A stretch of 63,990 nt of DNA, filler included, from an uncultured bacterium (lineage in GTDB: Bacteria; CAZSTA01), in assembly GCA_964609495.1 (NCBI GenBank). It is 12 parts of 12 records of this genome, joined end to end, with 100 filler letters (N's around TTAATTAATTAA, not from the genome) between each part and the next. Parts side by side here need not be neighbours in the genome. Positions count along the whole stretch, not along the records: positions 39,715 to 45,054 come from CAZSTA010000231.1; positions 45,155 to 50,493 come from CAZSTA010000232.1; positions 50,594 to 55,829 come from CAZSTA010000234.1; 9 more parts are not named here. One strand, written 5' to 3'. A program made the position numbers and the translations under genes. This document shows positions 40,904 through 51,220 of the stretch, piece by piece; the first letter of the stretch is position 1; every line of letters starts with the position of its first letter. Under the pieces are notes generated by a model that was given only the letters and a program-made list of their open reading frames with translations, did no database searches and was not told the origin of the DNA.

Positions 40904-41650
40904 CTAGTTCTCATCTCTCATTAACTTGTTTGCTACAAGCTCCAGGGCATCTTCGAGTTCTATCGCTCTCGTATATAAAGCCGTCCCGATTATTATCCCC
41001 TCTATCCCGATCTCTTCGAGCTGAATTATATCCTTGATATCGTTCAAGGATGAGATCCCCCCAGAGACGATGACTGGAATATCAACTCCTTGGGCCACCC
41101 TCCTCAAGCTCTCCAAATTAGGTCCTCTCAACATTCCATCCCTTATAATATCAGTGAATATAATTCGGGTAACTCCTACTTTCTCCATCTCCTGAGCCAG
41201 AGCTAAAGCCTCCTTAGTAGCTACCTCCTGCCATCCTTTAATCGCCACTTTGCTCTCCCTTGCATCTATCCCCACGACTATCCTCTCCCCGAAGCTATCT
41301 ACCATCCTCTTGACAAGCTGAGGATCGGATAGAGCCGCCGTCCCCAATATCACCCGCTCTACTCCCATCCGTAAAACTTTAGCGATAGTATCCTCGCTCC
41401 TAAGACCTCCTCCTAACTGAATAGGAATGTCGATCTCGGCTAATATCCTGGAGATTATGTTCAAGTTCTGTGGCTCTCCAGTGAAAGCGCCATCTAAATC
41501 TACGATGTGAAGAAATCTCGCTCCCTTATCTTGCCAGAGTCGAGCTATCTCCTCAGGCTTATCGGAGAAGACCGTCTCCTCCTCCGGCCTTCCCTGAACT
41601 AGTTGAACGCAACGTCCCCCCTTTAAATCCACAGCAGGAAAGATCAGCAT
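40904..41650 (-). CDS. hisA: ProFAR isomerase
   Basis: PAVDLKGGRCVQL, HIVDLDGA, GGGLR and TDIIRDGML motifs. Confidence 0.96.
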   Translation of the reverse strand: MLIFPAVDLKGGRCVQLVQGRPEEETVFSDKPEEIARLWQDKGARFLHIVDLDGAFTGEPQNLNIISRILAEIDIPIQLGGGLRSEDTIAKVLRMGVERVILGTAALSDPQLVKRMVDSFGERIVVGIDARESKVAIKGWQEVATKEALALAQEMEKVGVTRIIFTDIIRDGMLRGPNLESLRRVAQGVDIPVIVSGGISSLNDIKDIIQLEEIGIEGIIIGTALYTRAIELEDALELVANKLMRDEN

Positions 41651-42255
41651 CCGTTTACCAACCTCCCGAAGTTCTCCAAAATCTTCAATCCAGCTTTTTG
41701 ACTCTTCTCCGGGTGAAATTGAACTGCAAAGAGATTATCCCTCCACACCGCTACCGGAAATTCATAGCCATAATCGGTAGTAGCCGCGATGACCTCCTCT
41801 TCTTCTGGGGCGATATGATAGGAATGAACAAAGTAAAAGAAGGATTCATCGGTTAGCCCCTCGAATAGCGGAGCCCATCGTTTGATGGACAATTGATTCC
41901 AACCCATATGAGGAACTTTAAGCTCGGTTCTTATCAGCTTTACTTTGCCTCTGAGAACTCCCAAACCTGCTATCCCTTCACCCTCCTCACTTCCCTCGAA
42001 GAGAAGCTGTAACCCTAAACAGATCCCTAAGAAGGGTTTCCCCTTATTTATCGTATCAAGGACTACCTCGGTCAGATTCAGCTTTCTGAGGTTGGACATT
42101 GCATCTCCAAAAGCTCCTACGCCAGGGAGCACAACTCCCGAGGCATCCTCGATCTTGGTGGGATCATTCGTAATTTCGGTGTTGTATCCTACTTTCTCAA
42201 ATCCCTTCTGAACGCTCCGAAGATTTCCCGCCTCGTAATCAATTATGGCTATCAA
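41644..42255 (-). CDS. hisH: Imidazole glycerol phosphate synthase glutaminase subunit
   Basis: LPGVGAF, GICLGLQLL, PHMGWN and QFHPEKS motifs. Confidence 0.97.
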   Translation of the reverse strand: MIAIIDYEAGNLRSVQKGFEKVGYNTEITNDPTKIEDASGVVLPGVGAFGDAMSNLRKLNLTEVVLDTINKGKPFLGICLGLQLLFEGSEEGEGIAGLGVLRGKVKLIRTELKVPHMGWNQLSIKRWAPLFEGLTDESFFYFVHSYHIAPEEEEVIAATTDYGYEFPVAVWRDNLFAVQFHPEKSQKAGLKILENFGRLVNGC

Positions 42256-42316
42256 CTTTTATTTGCTCTCCATTCCGCAACTAATCTTTGTTCGCTAATT
42301 AATTTTCGATTTTTGA

Positions 42317-42416
42317 AGCAGAAGTTTCCTTATTAATATTAGAAAAGGTAATTTTTTTAACCGTGAGTTCTATTGACTGCAAAAAAGTTACCTTTCAGGG
42401 AAGGATTCTTTCCCCT
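42317..42416. mobile_element. Partial copy of the palindromic MITE family
   Basis: aaaaggtaattttttt-aaccgtgagttctattgactgc-aaaaaagttacctttc-agggaagg..., matching 4741-4811. Confidence 0.7.
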
Positions 42417-45054
42417 TTACAACTGATTCAGCTCAAACTTAGTATTCATTATCAGCTCGTCCACAACCCTCCAAATCTCGTAATTCTCAGGATCAATAGC
42501 GATAATATCTAGATAGATCGGTAGAAGTTCAATACAGAGGGCTAGAGAGGAGACTTCCTCCCCCTCATTGCCTCCTTGAGCTTTCTTTTCCTCAGCCTCA
42601 TCGATTAATTTTTGTATAGCCTCGTTAGCTAATTTTCTGCTTCTGGATTCTAAATCCAACCTCGTAGGATAACGATAGCACAATTCTCTCATAGTCCTTA
42701 CTGCTTGAAGGTATCTTCCCCTCTGGAACATATCATCCGCTTGAGATAACCTCTCAGCGATATTATGCTCTCGTATTATCTCCTCCATCAATCTGCTAAC
42801 CTCAAAATCATATCGTCCCTCGGGATCATATTGAATTATATATTCACAATAATTACGCGCTTCATCATATCGTTTCGCCTCCAGATAATATTGAGCTAGT
42901 ATGAGTTTGACTTCCATATCATCTCGTCTCTGAGCTTCCAAATTTTTGAGAAGCTCAATACTTCCCTCTAAATTCCTGGCGTCCCTCTCCTGCCTCGATC
43001 TTTCTATCACTTCCCTCTTATGGACCTCATTCAACTTGAGTTGAATCTCAGGATCGGTCGGCTCGATCTGTCTTGCCTCCTCCAACTCCCGTCTAGCCTC
43101 GCTCCACTTTCCCGCATTAATATAATTATCCCCCACAGCTTTACGATAGGCGATACCGATCCTCCGCTCCAAACTGATATCATCAGAGGCTATATCTGGT
43201 AACTCCTCGCGTAGTTGACTAAGTAGCTCCTGAGCCCTTCTAATATCCACTATATCGCCCTTCTCCAGGTTATTCTTGACCTCCAGGGCTAACTCCTCTC
43301 TTAATTCATCACGTATATCAGTGAGGAGCGCGACCACCTCCCTTATATGAGAAGAACGAATATCCGATATCTTATTAAGTCCCTGAAAAGCTTCCCTTAA
43401 ACGTCCCTTCTTTCGATAGTCTTCCGCTACTTTTAACATATTTCGGACATATTCGTCATCCTCTTTACGCTTTTGAATCCTATTTAGATATCTCTCAGCT
43501 TGCTCCTTCTTATCTCCTCCCAAGGATATAACCTGCTCAAAGCAATCTCTAGCTCTATCAAGATCATCTTGATCATAAGCACTTACTCCCTCGTTATAGA
43601 TTAGATTAGCTTGAGCCTTATCTCTTAACAACCGGGCCTTATCATAATTCGGATTCTTCGCTAAACATTTTTCACATAATTCTATACTCGCCTTACAGTC
43701 AGCTCTTTCAAGAGCTTTACTTGCATCAGCGCAATTTTCAGCAATAATCTTGCTCTCTATAAACTTTAAGCGGATTCGATCTAGCTCAATGCTATCCTCA
43801 GAAGAGAGCTCATTCAACCTCTCCAGTTCCTTTTCTGCCAGATCATATCTCTCCTCCTCTATATAACTTTCGACAACCTCAATCGTCCGGAGAATATTCT
43901 CTCTCAGTTTCATAGTTTGAACAATATCATCTAAGAGAGAGCGGATCTTATCCCTAAAACTCTCTAGCCTCTTATTATCACCGATCTTCTCTAAAATTTC
44001 CAAGGCTAACCTTTTAGCTTCTTCGAAGTTATCTTCTTTAAACGCGGTTTCCGCTTTTATATAATCTAGCTCCAACTCCCCTCGAGTTTGAGCCGCTATC
44101 CCTCCCTCCACCCTTTCGAGATATTCATCTGCCTCTGGTATATTCAGCTCGAGTAGCTTCACTTTACCTAAAATAGCTTTAGCCTCGTCATAACTCCCCT
44201 CGTTCGTCAATTTAGCTGCTTCATCTAAGAGCGTATTTGCTTCCTCTCGAACATTCTCCAATTTTATCACATGTTCGAGCTCAGATTCTAGACGCTGTTG
44301 AACCTCATCGGGTAACATAAAAAGATTGAAAGCATCAAGCAAGATCCTCTCTGCCTCGTGGGGATCTCCTTTTTCCAAAGCGGCTTCAACATCATTCATA
44401 TATTTCATAGCTCTTTGAGAGGAGAAGGTTCGAGCGGCAGCCTCGACCTCGGTCAAGGCCTCGAAGAGCTTCCCTCCATCAGCGGTCTCCGTAATACCCT
44501 CTCCTATAAGCTCTTCTATCTCTGTTAAAGCCTCCTCATATTTCCCCACTCTTCTATAGTTATCTATTCTTCCTAATTTATCCATAAGGGTATTTCTCCG
44601 CTTTCGAACATCCGCTAACATACTCCTCAGCTCTTCATCATCGTGCTTAAGTCTAAAAGCATCCTCGAGCAACTTTAAAGCTTTACTATAGGAGATCACC
44701 TTCCCATCCTCAATCAGAAGTTTAGCCTCGGCTATCGAACCACTTACATCCCTCTCTAACTCTACATTTACTCTTTCCCTTGCGATCTGAGTGAGGAGCA
44801 CGCTCGCCTCCTCGTTACCCGAATCTAGCTCTAAGATTCGCTTACAATATTTCTCAGCAGTCATAAGATCTTTATTTTGTATAGCCTCTTTCGTTTTATC
44901 AATCGCTGACTTTATACTTTCCTCTAAGGAATTTCGAGCTTTATCGAGAAGGTCTGATATGTCGCTGTTATCAGGATCAAAGGTCAGAGCTAACTTCAGA
45001 TCGTTAATACAGGATTTATAATCTTCTCTATTAAACTCGCCCAAAGCCTACTCG
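42417..45054 (-). CDS. Large TPR/helical-repeat protein (5' truncated)
   Basis: Repeated TPR-like helices (L..DP.N..A). Confidence 0.8.
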
Positions 45055-45177
45055 NNNNNNNNNNNNNNNNNNNNNNNNNNNNNNNNNNNNNNNNNNNNTT
45101 AATTAATTAANNNNNNNNNNNNNNNNNNNNNNNNNNNNNNNNNNNNNNNNNNNNGGGAGGGGTTAGGGGAGGGTGTA

Positions 45178-45224
45178 AAGGAAACTTTTGAACCTTGAGT
45201 TTTGTTACCTGCAAAAGTTTCCTT
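45178..45224. mobile_element. 47-bp monomer MITE with TA duplication
   Basis: TA|aaggaaacttttgaaccttgagttttgttacctgcaaaagtttcctt|TA, adjacent to a BoxC-like end (45155-45176). Confidence 0.78.
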
Positions 45225-45296
45225 TATCTAAGATAAGTCCAAGGCTTAATCTGATTCCGAATATCTCAGATAAAACAACCTGAAACTCTTCTGATA

Positions 45297-46172
45297 TTAC
45301 TCAATCAATGAGAAGTGCTTTATCCCGCGTCGACATCGATGCACATCGCATAGACGCTCCAACGCTCCGAAAATCTCCTCGTGCTCTAACGCCTCCCAAG
45401 GGTCTATCGTCGAGTAAAGTGAGGAGAAAATCTCAATAGCGGAAGCAGATCCTAACTCAGATAAGATTCGCCTAATGCTGAGATGTAACCACCCCTCTAG
45501 GTCGCTGTAGTTATGCTCGTCATCAAACCGGACTGGCGGTTGGGAACGGGGCATCCATCTTCCTCCCCTCCTCTTAAAGCATCCAATACCCCAGGGTCTC
45601 GGCTGTTTCGCCTTTTCTTTGTCCAGAAACTCGATCCGATCATCCCATAGGATGTATTCAATGGACTCAGGAGGCAGACCTGAGTGAAATCGGAAGATAT
45701 CCACGCTCTCTTGTTCATAATTTATCCCTGGCTTTACTTCCCTTCTATCTAACAATAGAACAACGGTAGCCGAACCAGCTCTGTAGTTAGAGGCGCGACT
45801 TCGGGTGTACGCATGAGCGATCTTAGGCTCTAACGTAGTCCAAAGACCTCGCTTATGGAATAGACCGACTTGATTGATCTGCACAGCTCGCTTCTCCGAT
45901 GTCCCGTGCCAAAGCACGAGAGCATTCTCTCCCAGTTCGCAGTATCGAGCGCTGGCTGGACAACCGTGCATCACCGCCCACAGGTTCAGATCGGCTGTTC
46001 CACTTATCCGACGCCGTGCGGAGTAGGCATGCGCAGCCAACGTAGCATTCCATCCTGTGCTGGATCGGGGAAGATACTCCAGGTCCTTGAAGCCACTGCG
46101 AACCAGTTTCCGATTCCTATGCCAATCTATTTTCTCCTCAAAAGCCGAGAAATTGCAAGATCTCAACCTCAT
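45297..46172 (-). CDS. Hypothetical protein with an ADP-ribosyltransferase-like core
   Basis: LWHGTS...GLWTT....AHAY resembles the H-x-T / G-x-Y-x-T / A-x-x-Y motifs of the ART fold. Confidence 0.5.
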   Translation of the reverse strand: MRLRSCNFSAFEEKIDWHRNRKLVRSGFKDLEYLPRSSTGWNATLAAHAYSARRRISGTADLNLWAVMHGCPASARYCELGENALVLWHGTSEKRAVQINQVGLFHKRGLWTTLEPKIAHAYTRSRASNYRAGSATVVLLLDRREVKPGINYEQESVDIFRFHSGLPPESIEYILWDDRIEFLDKEKAKQPRPWGIGCFKRRGGRWMPRSQPPVRFDDEHNYSDLEGWLHLSIRRILSELGSASAIEIFSSLYSTIDPWEALEHEEIFGALERLCDVHRCRRGIKHFSLIE

Positions 46173-46249
46173 AGATATTCTCCAACTTCGGTCTCTTCTA
46201 TGATGCTGGAAAACAATGCTACCAACAATGTAGTGTTAAGTGTCGGTTG

Positions 46250-47071
46250 TCATCGTAGAATGGGCCCTCCCACAGCGGCATCATTGCACCGGCCACACCT
46301 GGGGTCGCCGCAATGGGTCAAGCCCGGCTCCTCCCGAATTGCCCTTGTCGTAACCTCCAGCACATCCTTCGCAGGGAAGACTCGCCAGATGCTCTGACCG
46401 ACTCTCGTCTCTCTCATCATAGGGGAAAGGATCGGTTCAAGGTTGACAAAACCATCCGAACATCCTCCTGCTTCACACTCTATAGGTCGTTGATCAAGAC
46501 CGTTCGCCCACCGTCGAAACAGATTACGTCCTGCCATCCGCTCTGCTAAGTGTATGAGTGTCATCTTGATGAGACCAACCCCCATAAGCACGACTGAGCC
46601 ATTTGCTTCAGCCAACGCCTTGAGCGGGGCATATACGTTCAATGGCTCCTGCCCGGGAATCAGCTCCCGCGCAAGAGGCCCAACCGCGGTAAACGAGCAG
46701 AGTGGATGATTGCCACGGACTCGCTGGGGCATCGCGACAACCGCGGCTGGGATAGCACCCATATCCTGGTCGATTTCCATAGCATCAGGGGTGTATACGC
46801 GCCCGATTCCCGACGTTGATCCCTTAAATGTATCATAATTCCATCCATTTCGTGCTGGCCGCTTATCTGGGGGCGGAGGGACGGTGAAGAACATATATGA
46901 GAAAGTAGGCACCAGAAGGGTGCAACGCTCCGCCAATAGTCCATCGACTACCGCTGATGCCCCTCCCGCCACCCACCCGAATGAGCTTAGGGAAGAATGA
47001 ACACAGAGCGGATTGCCAGACAAGTCAAGATCTCTTATAGCCTCACGAATATCCCGACTAGTAACTATCAT
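46250..47071 (-). CDS. AAC(3)-family (aminoglycoside 3-N-) acetyltransferase
   Basis: VHSSLSSFGWVAGG, LLVPTF, HPLCSF and T.IHLAE motifs; RBS GAGGAGG before ATG 47071. Confidence 0.85.
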   Translation of the reverse strand: MIVTSRDIREAIRDLDLSGNPLCVHSSLSSFGWVAGGASAVVDGLLAERCTLLVPTFSYMFFTVPPPPDKRPARNGWNYDTFKGSTSGIGRVYTPDAMEIDQDMGAIPAAVVAMPQRVRGNHPLCSFTAVGPLARELIPGQEPLNVYAPLKALAEANGSVVLMGVGLIKMTLIHLAERMAGRNLFRRWANGLDQRPIECEAGGCSDGFVNLEPILSPMMRETRVGQSIWRVFPAKDVLEVTTRAIREEPGLTHCGDPRCGRCNDAAVGGPILR

Positions 47072-47153
47072 ATAGAGATCCTCCTCGTAGCTGTGTGCAT
47101 AGTTTGTATCTGATGTTACTCGTAACATCTCAAAGCAGAAACTTCGATGAATC

Positions 47154-47771
47154 CTAAAGCCTATATAAGACTCCTAAGTAGAAATCAATAAGGCTAAATG
47201 TTTCCTTCTCCGCGAAGATCTGATGATAGGTGAGACTGCCATCTAAGGTGAGTAGAGAGCCTAGGGCATACTCAATACCTCCCCCAAGATTAATCCCTAG
47301 ATCAGCTTCATTTAATCCTTCCGGGTATTCAGATAGAGGGAAATCTGTGCTCATATAATACAAGCCTAATCCACCCTTAAGGTAAGGATTAATAGGGATG
47401 TAAACATCAGAATAAGTTATCAGTTTGAACTTACCCGCCATAGTTATAGCCGCTAGATCGAAGCTTTCATAAGTTATGTAGGGCGAGTAAAGAGTGCAGG
47501 GCAAACTAGTCAAGTATAAGTCAAAATCTAGGGAGAAATTTGGATCAACATCGTATTGAATTACTCCTTTTACCCCTCCTCCAGCCTCGAAATAGTCTCG
47601 AAGTTCATCGGGATGAACAAGACCAGTAGCGCAGAATCCCCCACCTAATTGCAAGTTAGTTCTGCCTCCTACGGTGTATATAACTATACCTCCATCTCTA
47701 GCGAAGGCCGAAGAAGATGCGATTAATAGCGATAAACTGGCTATCCCAATAATCATTAGAACTCTCCTCAT
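47154..47771 (-). CDS. Outer-membrane beta-barrel protein
   Basis: Signal peptide, NPYLKGGLGLY, LGINLGGGIEY and a C-terminal GVLYRL strand. Confidence 0.78.
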   Translation of the reverse strand: MRRVLMIIGIASLSLLIASSSAFARDGGIVIYTVGGRTNLQLGGGFCATGLVHPDELRDYFEAGGGVKGVIQYDVDPNFSLDFDLYLTSLPCTLYSPYITYESFDLAAITMAGKFKLITYSDVYIPINPYLKGGLGLYYMSTDFPLSEYPEGLNEADLGINLGGGIEYALGSLLTLDGSLTYHQIFAEKETFSLIDFYLGVLYRL

Positions 47772-47977
47772 AGCAGATCCTCCTTTGATAGTTATTTCTC
47801 CTCGAACTTGCTAATTATCCATCGAGATAATCCTCGATGCTCCTTACTACTAATACTCCTTAACTCGACTTTAAGTTTCCTCATTCGTTCATAATATTAG
47901 AAGATAGAAGTCGGAAAATGAAAAGGGGATTCTCTCACCCTATTATTACGACAAGGCGAATCCCCAAACTATCAGAG

Positions 47978-49771
47978 CTAACTCTTCTCATCAGGAATTA
48001 TCTTTAGATGCAAATCTCTTAGATGAACTTCATCTATCTCCGCAGGAGCACCAGTTAAAGGACATACCGCGGTGGCAGTCTTGGGGAAGGCGATCACATC
48101 ACGGATCGAATCATATCCTGCCATAAGCATAAGTAAGCGATCTAAACCTGGAGCGATCCCACCATGAGGAGGCGTTCCATACTCAAAGGCATCTAGGAGA
48201 AAGTTGAAGCGACGTCTAACTTCCTCCTCAGGCATCCCAGTGATAGAGAAGATCTTCTCCTGGATATCACGATTATGTATTCTTATACTTCCACTTCCCA
48301 GCTCCACTCCATTCAGAACAATGTCATAAAGCTTCCCTTTTACCTTGAGTGGATCGGTATCCAATAGAGGTATATCCTCATCCCTAGGCGAGGAGAAGGG
48401 ATGATGCATAGTCTTCATTACCTGTTCCTCCTCATCCCATTCGAAGAGAGGAAAATCTACTATCCATAGGAAATTCCAGAGGCTTTTATCTATGAGATTC
48501 AATTTATCCCCCAGATGTAATCTCAGTCTGCCTAAAACATCCGCTACCACCTTCGGCTTATCAGCTACTACCAATAGCAGATCGCCTGCTTTAGCCTGGG
48601 CCTTAGTCTTGATCGCTTGTAGCTCTTCTTCGGTCAAGTACTTGATGATTGTCGATCGTGTTCTTACTTCAGTGATAGCTAGCCAAGTTAATCCCTTAGC
48701 GGAGAAGCTCTGAGCTATCTTCACCAGATCATCAACATCTTTTCGAGAGAAGCTGGCACATCCACGAGCGTTTATAGCCCTTATCTGTCCTCCAGCGGAT
48801 AGGACATTCCTGAAGACTCGGAACTCACAGTTTCTCAACTCCTCGGAGAGATCGATTATCTCCATTCCAAAGCGAGTATCTGGCTTATCGATTCCGAAAC
48901 GATCCATAGCCTCCTGATAGGTTAAACGAGGAAAGGGCTTGGCAAGTTCTATCCCCATCACTTCTTTGAAGAGATAACACATCATCCCTTCCGTTACCCC
49001 TAGGACATCCTCAACATCCACGAAGGACATCTCGATATCGATCTGGGTGAACTCCGCCTGTCTATCGGCTCTAGCATCCTCATCCCGAAAGCATCTGGCG
49101 ATCTGGAAGTATTTATCTATACCTGCTACCATCAATATCTGCTTGAACAATTGGGGCGATTGAGGTAGAGCATAGAACTTCCCGGGGTTAAAGCGACTAG
49201 GAACGACATAATCCCTAGCTCCCTCAGGGGTGGACTTTATAAGCATCGGGGTCTCTATCTCCCAAAATCCCTGACTATCCAGATAATCGCGGATCGCCTT
49301 TACCGCTCGATGACGAAACTCCATTATCTTTATCCGATTAGGTCTTCTCAAGTCTATATAACGATACTTCATCTCGAGCATCTCATCTATCCCGTCATCA
49401 TCGACGATTGAGAAAGGAGGAGTCTTGGATACGTTAAGCACTCTAACTTCACTTGCCACTACTTCAACTTCTCCCGTATCGAGATTTGGATTCTCCATTC
49501 CCTCTGGGCGAGCTCGAACTTTTCCCTTCACCGCTAGGACATATTCGGCTCTAACTTGATCTGCCTTCTCATAAGCCTCTCGGCTAGATTGAGGATCGAA
49601 TACTACTTGGACTATGCCCGCTCTATCCCGAAGATCTATGAAGATAACCCCTCCATGATCTCTCCTCCTTTGAGCCCAGCCATTCAAGATTACCTCCGAG
49701 CCAATATCCTTCGTCCTTAATTCTCCGCAATAGCTAGTTCTTTTCAGTTCTCCGAGTTGCTCTAAAATCAT
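47978..49771 (-). CDS. aspS: Aspartate-tRNA ligase
   Basis: RDHGGVIFIDLRD, STPEGARDY, LPQSPQLFKQ and PPHGGIAPGLDR motifs. Confidence 0.97.
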   Translation of the reverse strand: MILEQLGELKRTSYCGELRTKDIGSEVILNGWAQRRRDHGGVIFIDLRDRAGIVQVVFDPQSSREAYEKADQVRAEYVLAVKGKVRARPEGMENPNLDTGEVEVVASEVRVLNVSKTPPFSIVDDDGIDEMLEMKYRYIDLRRPNRIKIMEFRHRAVKAIRDYLDSQGFWEIETPMLIKSTPEGARDYVVPSRFNPGKFYALPQSPQLFKQILMVAGIDKYFQIARCFRDEDARADRQAEFTQIDIEMSFVDVEDVLGVTEGMMCYLFKEVMGIELAKPFPRLTYQEAMDRFGIDKPDTRFGMEIIDLSEELRNCEFRVFRNVLSAGGQIRAINARGCASFSRKDVDDLVKIAQSFSAKGLTWLAITEVRTRSTIIKYLTEEELQAIKTKAQAKAGDLLLVVADKPKVVADVLGRLRLHLGDKLNLIDKSLWNFLWIVDFPLFEWDEEEQVMKTMHHPFSSPRDEDIPLLDTDPLKVKGKLYDIVLNGVELGSGSIRIHNRDIQEKIFSITGMPEEEVRRRFNFLLDAFEYGTPPHGGIAPGLDRLLMLMAGYDSIRDVIAFPKTATAVCPLTGAPAEIDEVHLRDLHLKIIPDEKS

Positions 49772-49789
49772 ATTGGAACTCTCCTCCTA

Positions 49790-50493
49790 CTAGTAGCTTT
49801 TAAATAGTTTTCCCCACTCCGTTTTCATAAAGTCATCTACGACTCTCGTCCCCTTTAAGGGATACCAGATAAGATCATGATAGAGATAAGAGCCAAAGAC
49901 GAAGAGATAGACTAATGGAGTTTGGAAGAAAAGCTTTTGGATACCCCTTAGAGGGCCGAACCATAAGAGATCACCTACAGCACTAGCCGCGTTATCACCA
50001 ACTTTGAAGTGAAAATCGACCTCTGATACATTCTCTCCCACTATATCTATATTAGAGATATCCCCATTACCCAGCTCCAATTCATCAGCCAGCCTTATAT
50101 ATTCGATGGACAGCGGATCGAAACCCATCATCTTCGCCGCCACAGCATCTATAGCTACACAATCACCGCTAGCGAGGATATAATTCTTTATATGAGGCGT
50201 CATAGTTCTTGGACCTGGTCCAGATCCGCAGGTCGTTCCATCCATAACCGCGAAGATACCACTATGGATCTCCTTCTGTATTATCAGAAGATCGACTAAG
50301 GTCTGATGTATAACGCTATGAGTGTAATGCCTTTTGGTATTGAGGAGTCCGCCAAAGGCGTTCTTCATCGCCCCGGTAGTGGTCGTGTAGATGTGGGTCT
50401 TAACCGTGGGAAGATGAAGGATATTCTTGCCGAGGAAGTAATCGGGGATAAAGATACCCTCTGGATAGATGTCATATAGGACCTTCATCGAAC
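49790..50493 (-). CDS. DUF362 family protein (5' truncated)
   Basis: LPTVKTH, TGAMKNAFG and D.VAIDAVAAKMMGFDP motifs. Confidence 0.85.
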
Positions 50494-50665
50494 NNNNNNN
50501 NNNNNNNNNNNNNNNNNNNNNNNNNNNNNNNNNNNNNTTAATTAATTAANNNNNNNNNNNNNNNNNNNNNNNNNNNNNNNNNNNNNNNNNNNNGGAGGGT
50601 GTAATATAAAGTAAATTAGATCTTAGATCCCAGATTTTATATGCATCTCACTCTGCCAATATTGA

Positions 50666-50694
50666 TTGACAATATAGCCTTAGTTTGATATAAT
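50666..50694 (+). promoter_or_regulatory. sigma70 promoter
   Basis: TTGACA-17bp-TATAAT with TG. Confidence 0.85.
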
Positions 50695-50783
50695 ATCGTC
50701 AAGTTCTATATCCACTTTGGCGGAGAGAAGTTAAGAGAGAGTCGAGTTTTTAAGCAGAATAATAGGTAGGAGGATGATCGAGG

Positions 50784-51095
50784 ATGAGTTTACCAGTCCT
50801 TATAGAGGAGGAAATTGAGGCGTTGATCGAAGTTGGACGTTTCTCTTCCCGAGAAGATTTTGTAGAGGAAGCAATAAGATTCTTCCTCCAGGTCAATGTA
50901 GAGCTAAGGATAGATGCCGCTATAAAATTATATCTAGATAAAGAAGTAAGTCTAGGTAGAGCTGCAGAGATCGCTGGCCTGCATATAGAAGAATTTAAGA
51001 GTGTTCTCAAGAGTAGGGGGATAAAGATAATAGTTGAAGCTCCTTCTGAAGAGCAGATGAAAAGAGAAACAGAATTGATGAGGAAGCGAAAATGA
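50784..51095 (+). CDS. RHH plus UPF0175 antitoxin
   Basis: GRFSSREDFVEEAIR (RHH) and LYLDKEVSLGRAAEIAGL (UPF0175). Confidence 0.8.
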   Translation: MSLPVLIEEEIEALIEVGRFSSREDFVEEAIRFFLQVNVELRIDAAIKLYLDKEVSLGRAAEIAGLHIEEFKSVLKSRGIKIIVEAPSEEQMKRETELMRKRK

Positions 51096-51220
51096 ACCTA
51101 ATTTTCGATACTGATGTTCTTTCTATGTTTGCAAAAGTAAAGGCTATAAATCTTCTGAAGAAGCTCTATATTGATGATAATGTTTATATCTTAATTATTA
51201 ATCAAGGAGGGGAAAAATCT
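51092..51220 (+). pseudogene. Remnant of a PIN/DUF3368 toxin, in frame with proA
   Basis: ATGA overlap with the antitoxin stop; MNLIFDTDVLSMFAKVKAINLLKKLY is a PIN-domain N-terminus. Confidence 0.7.
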
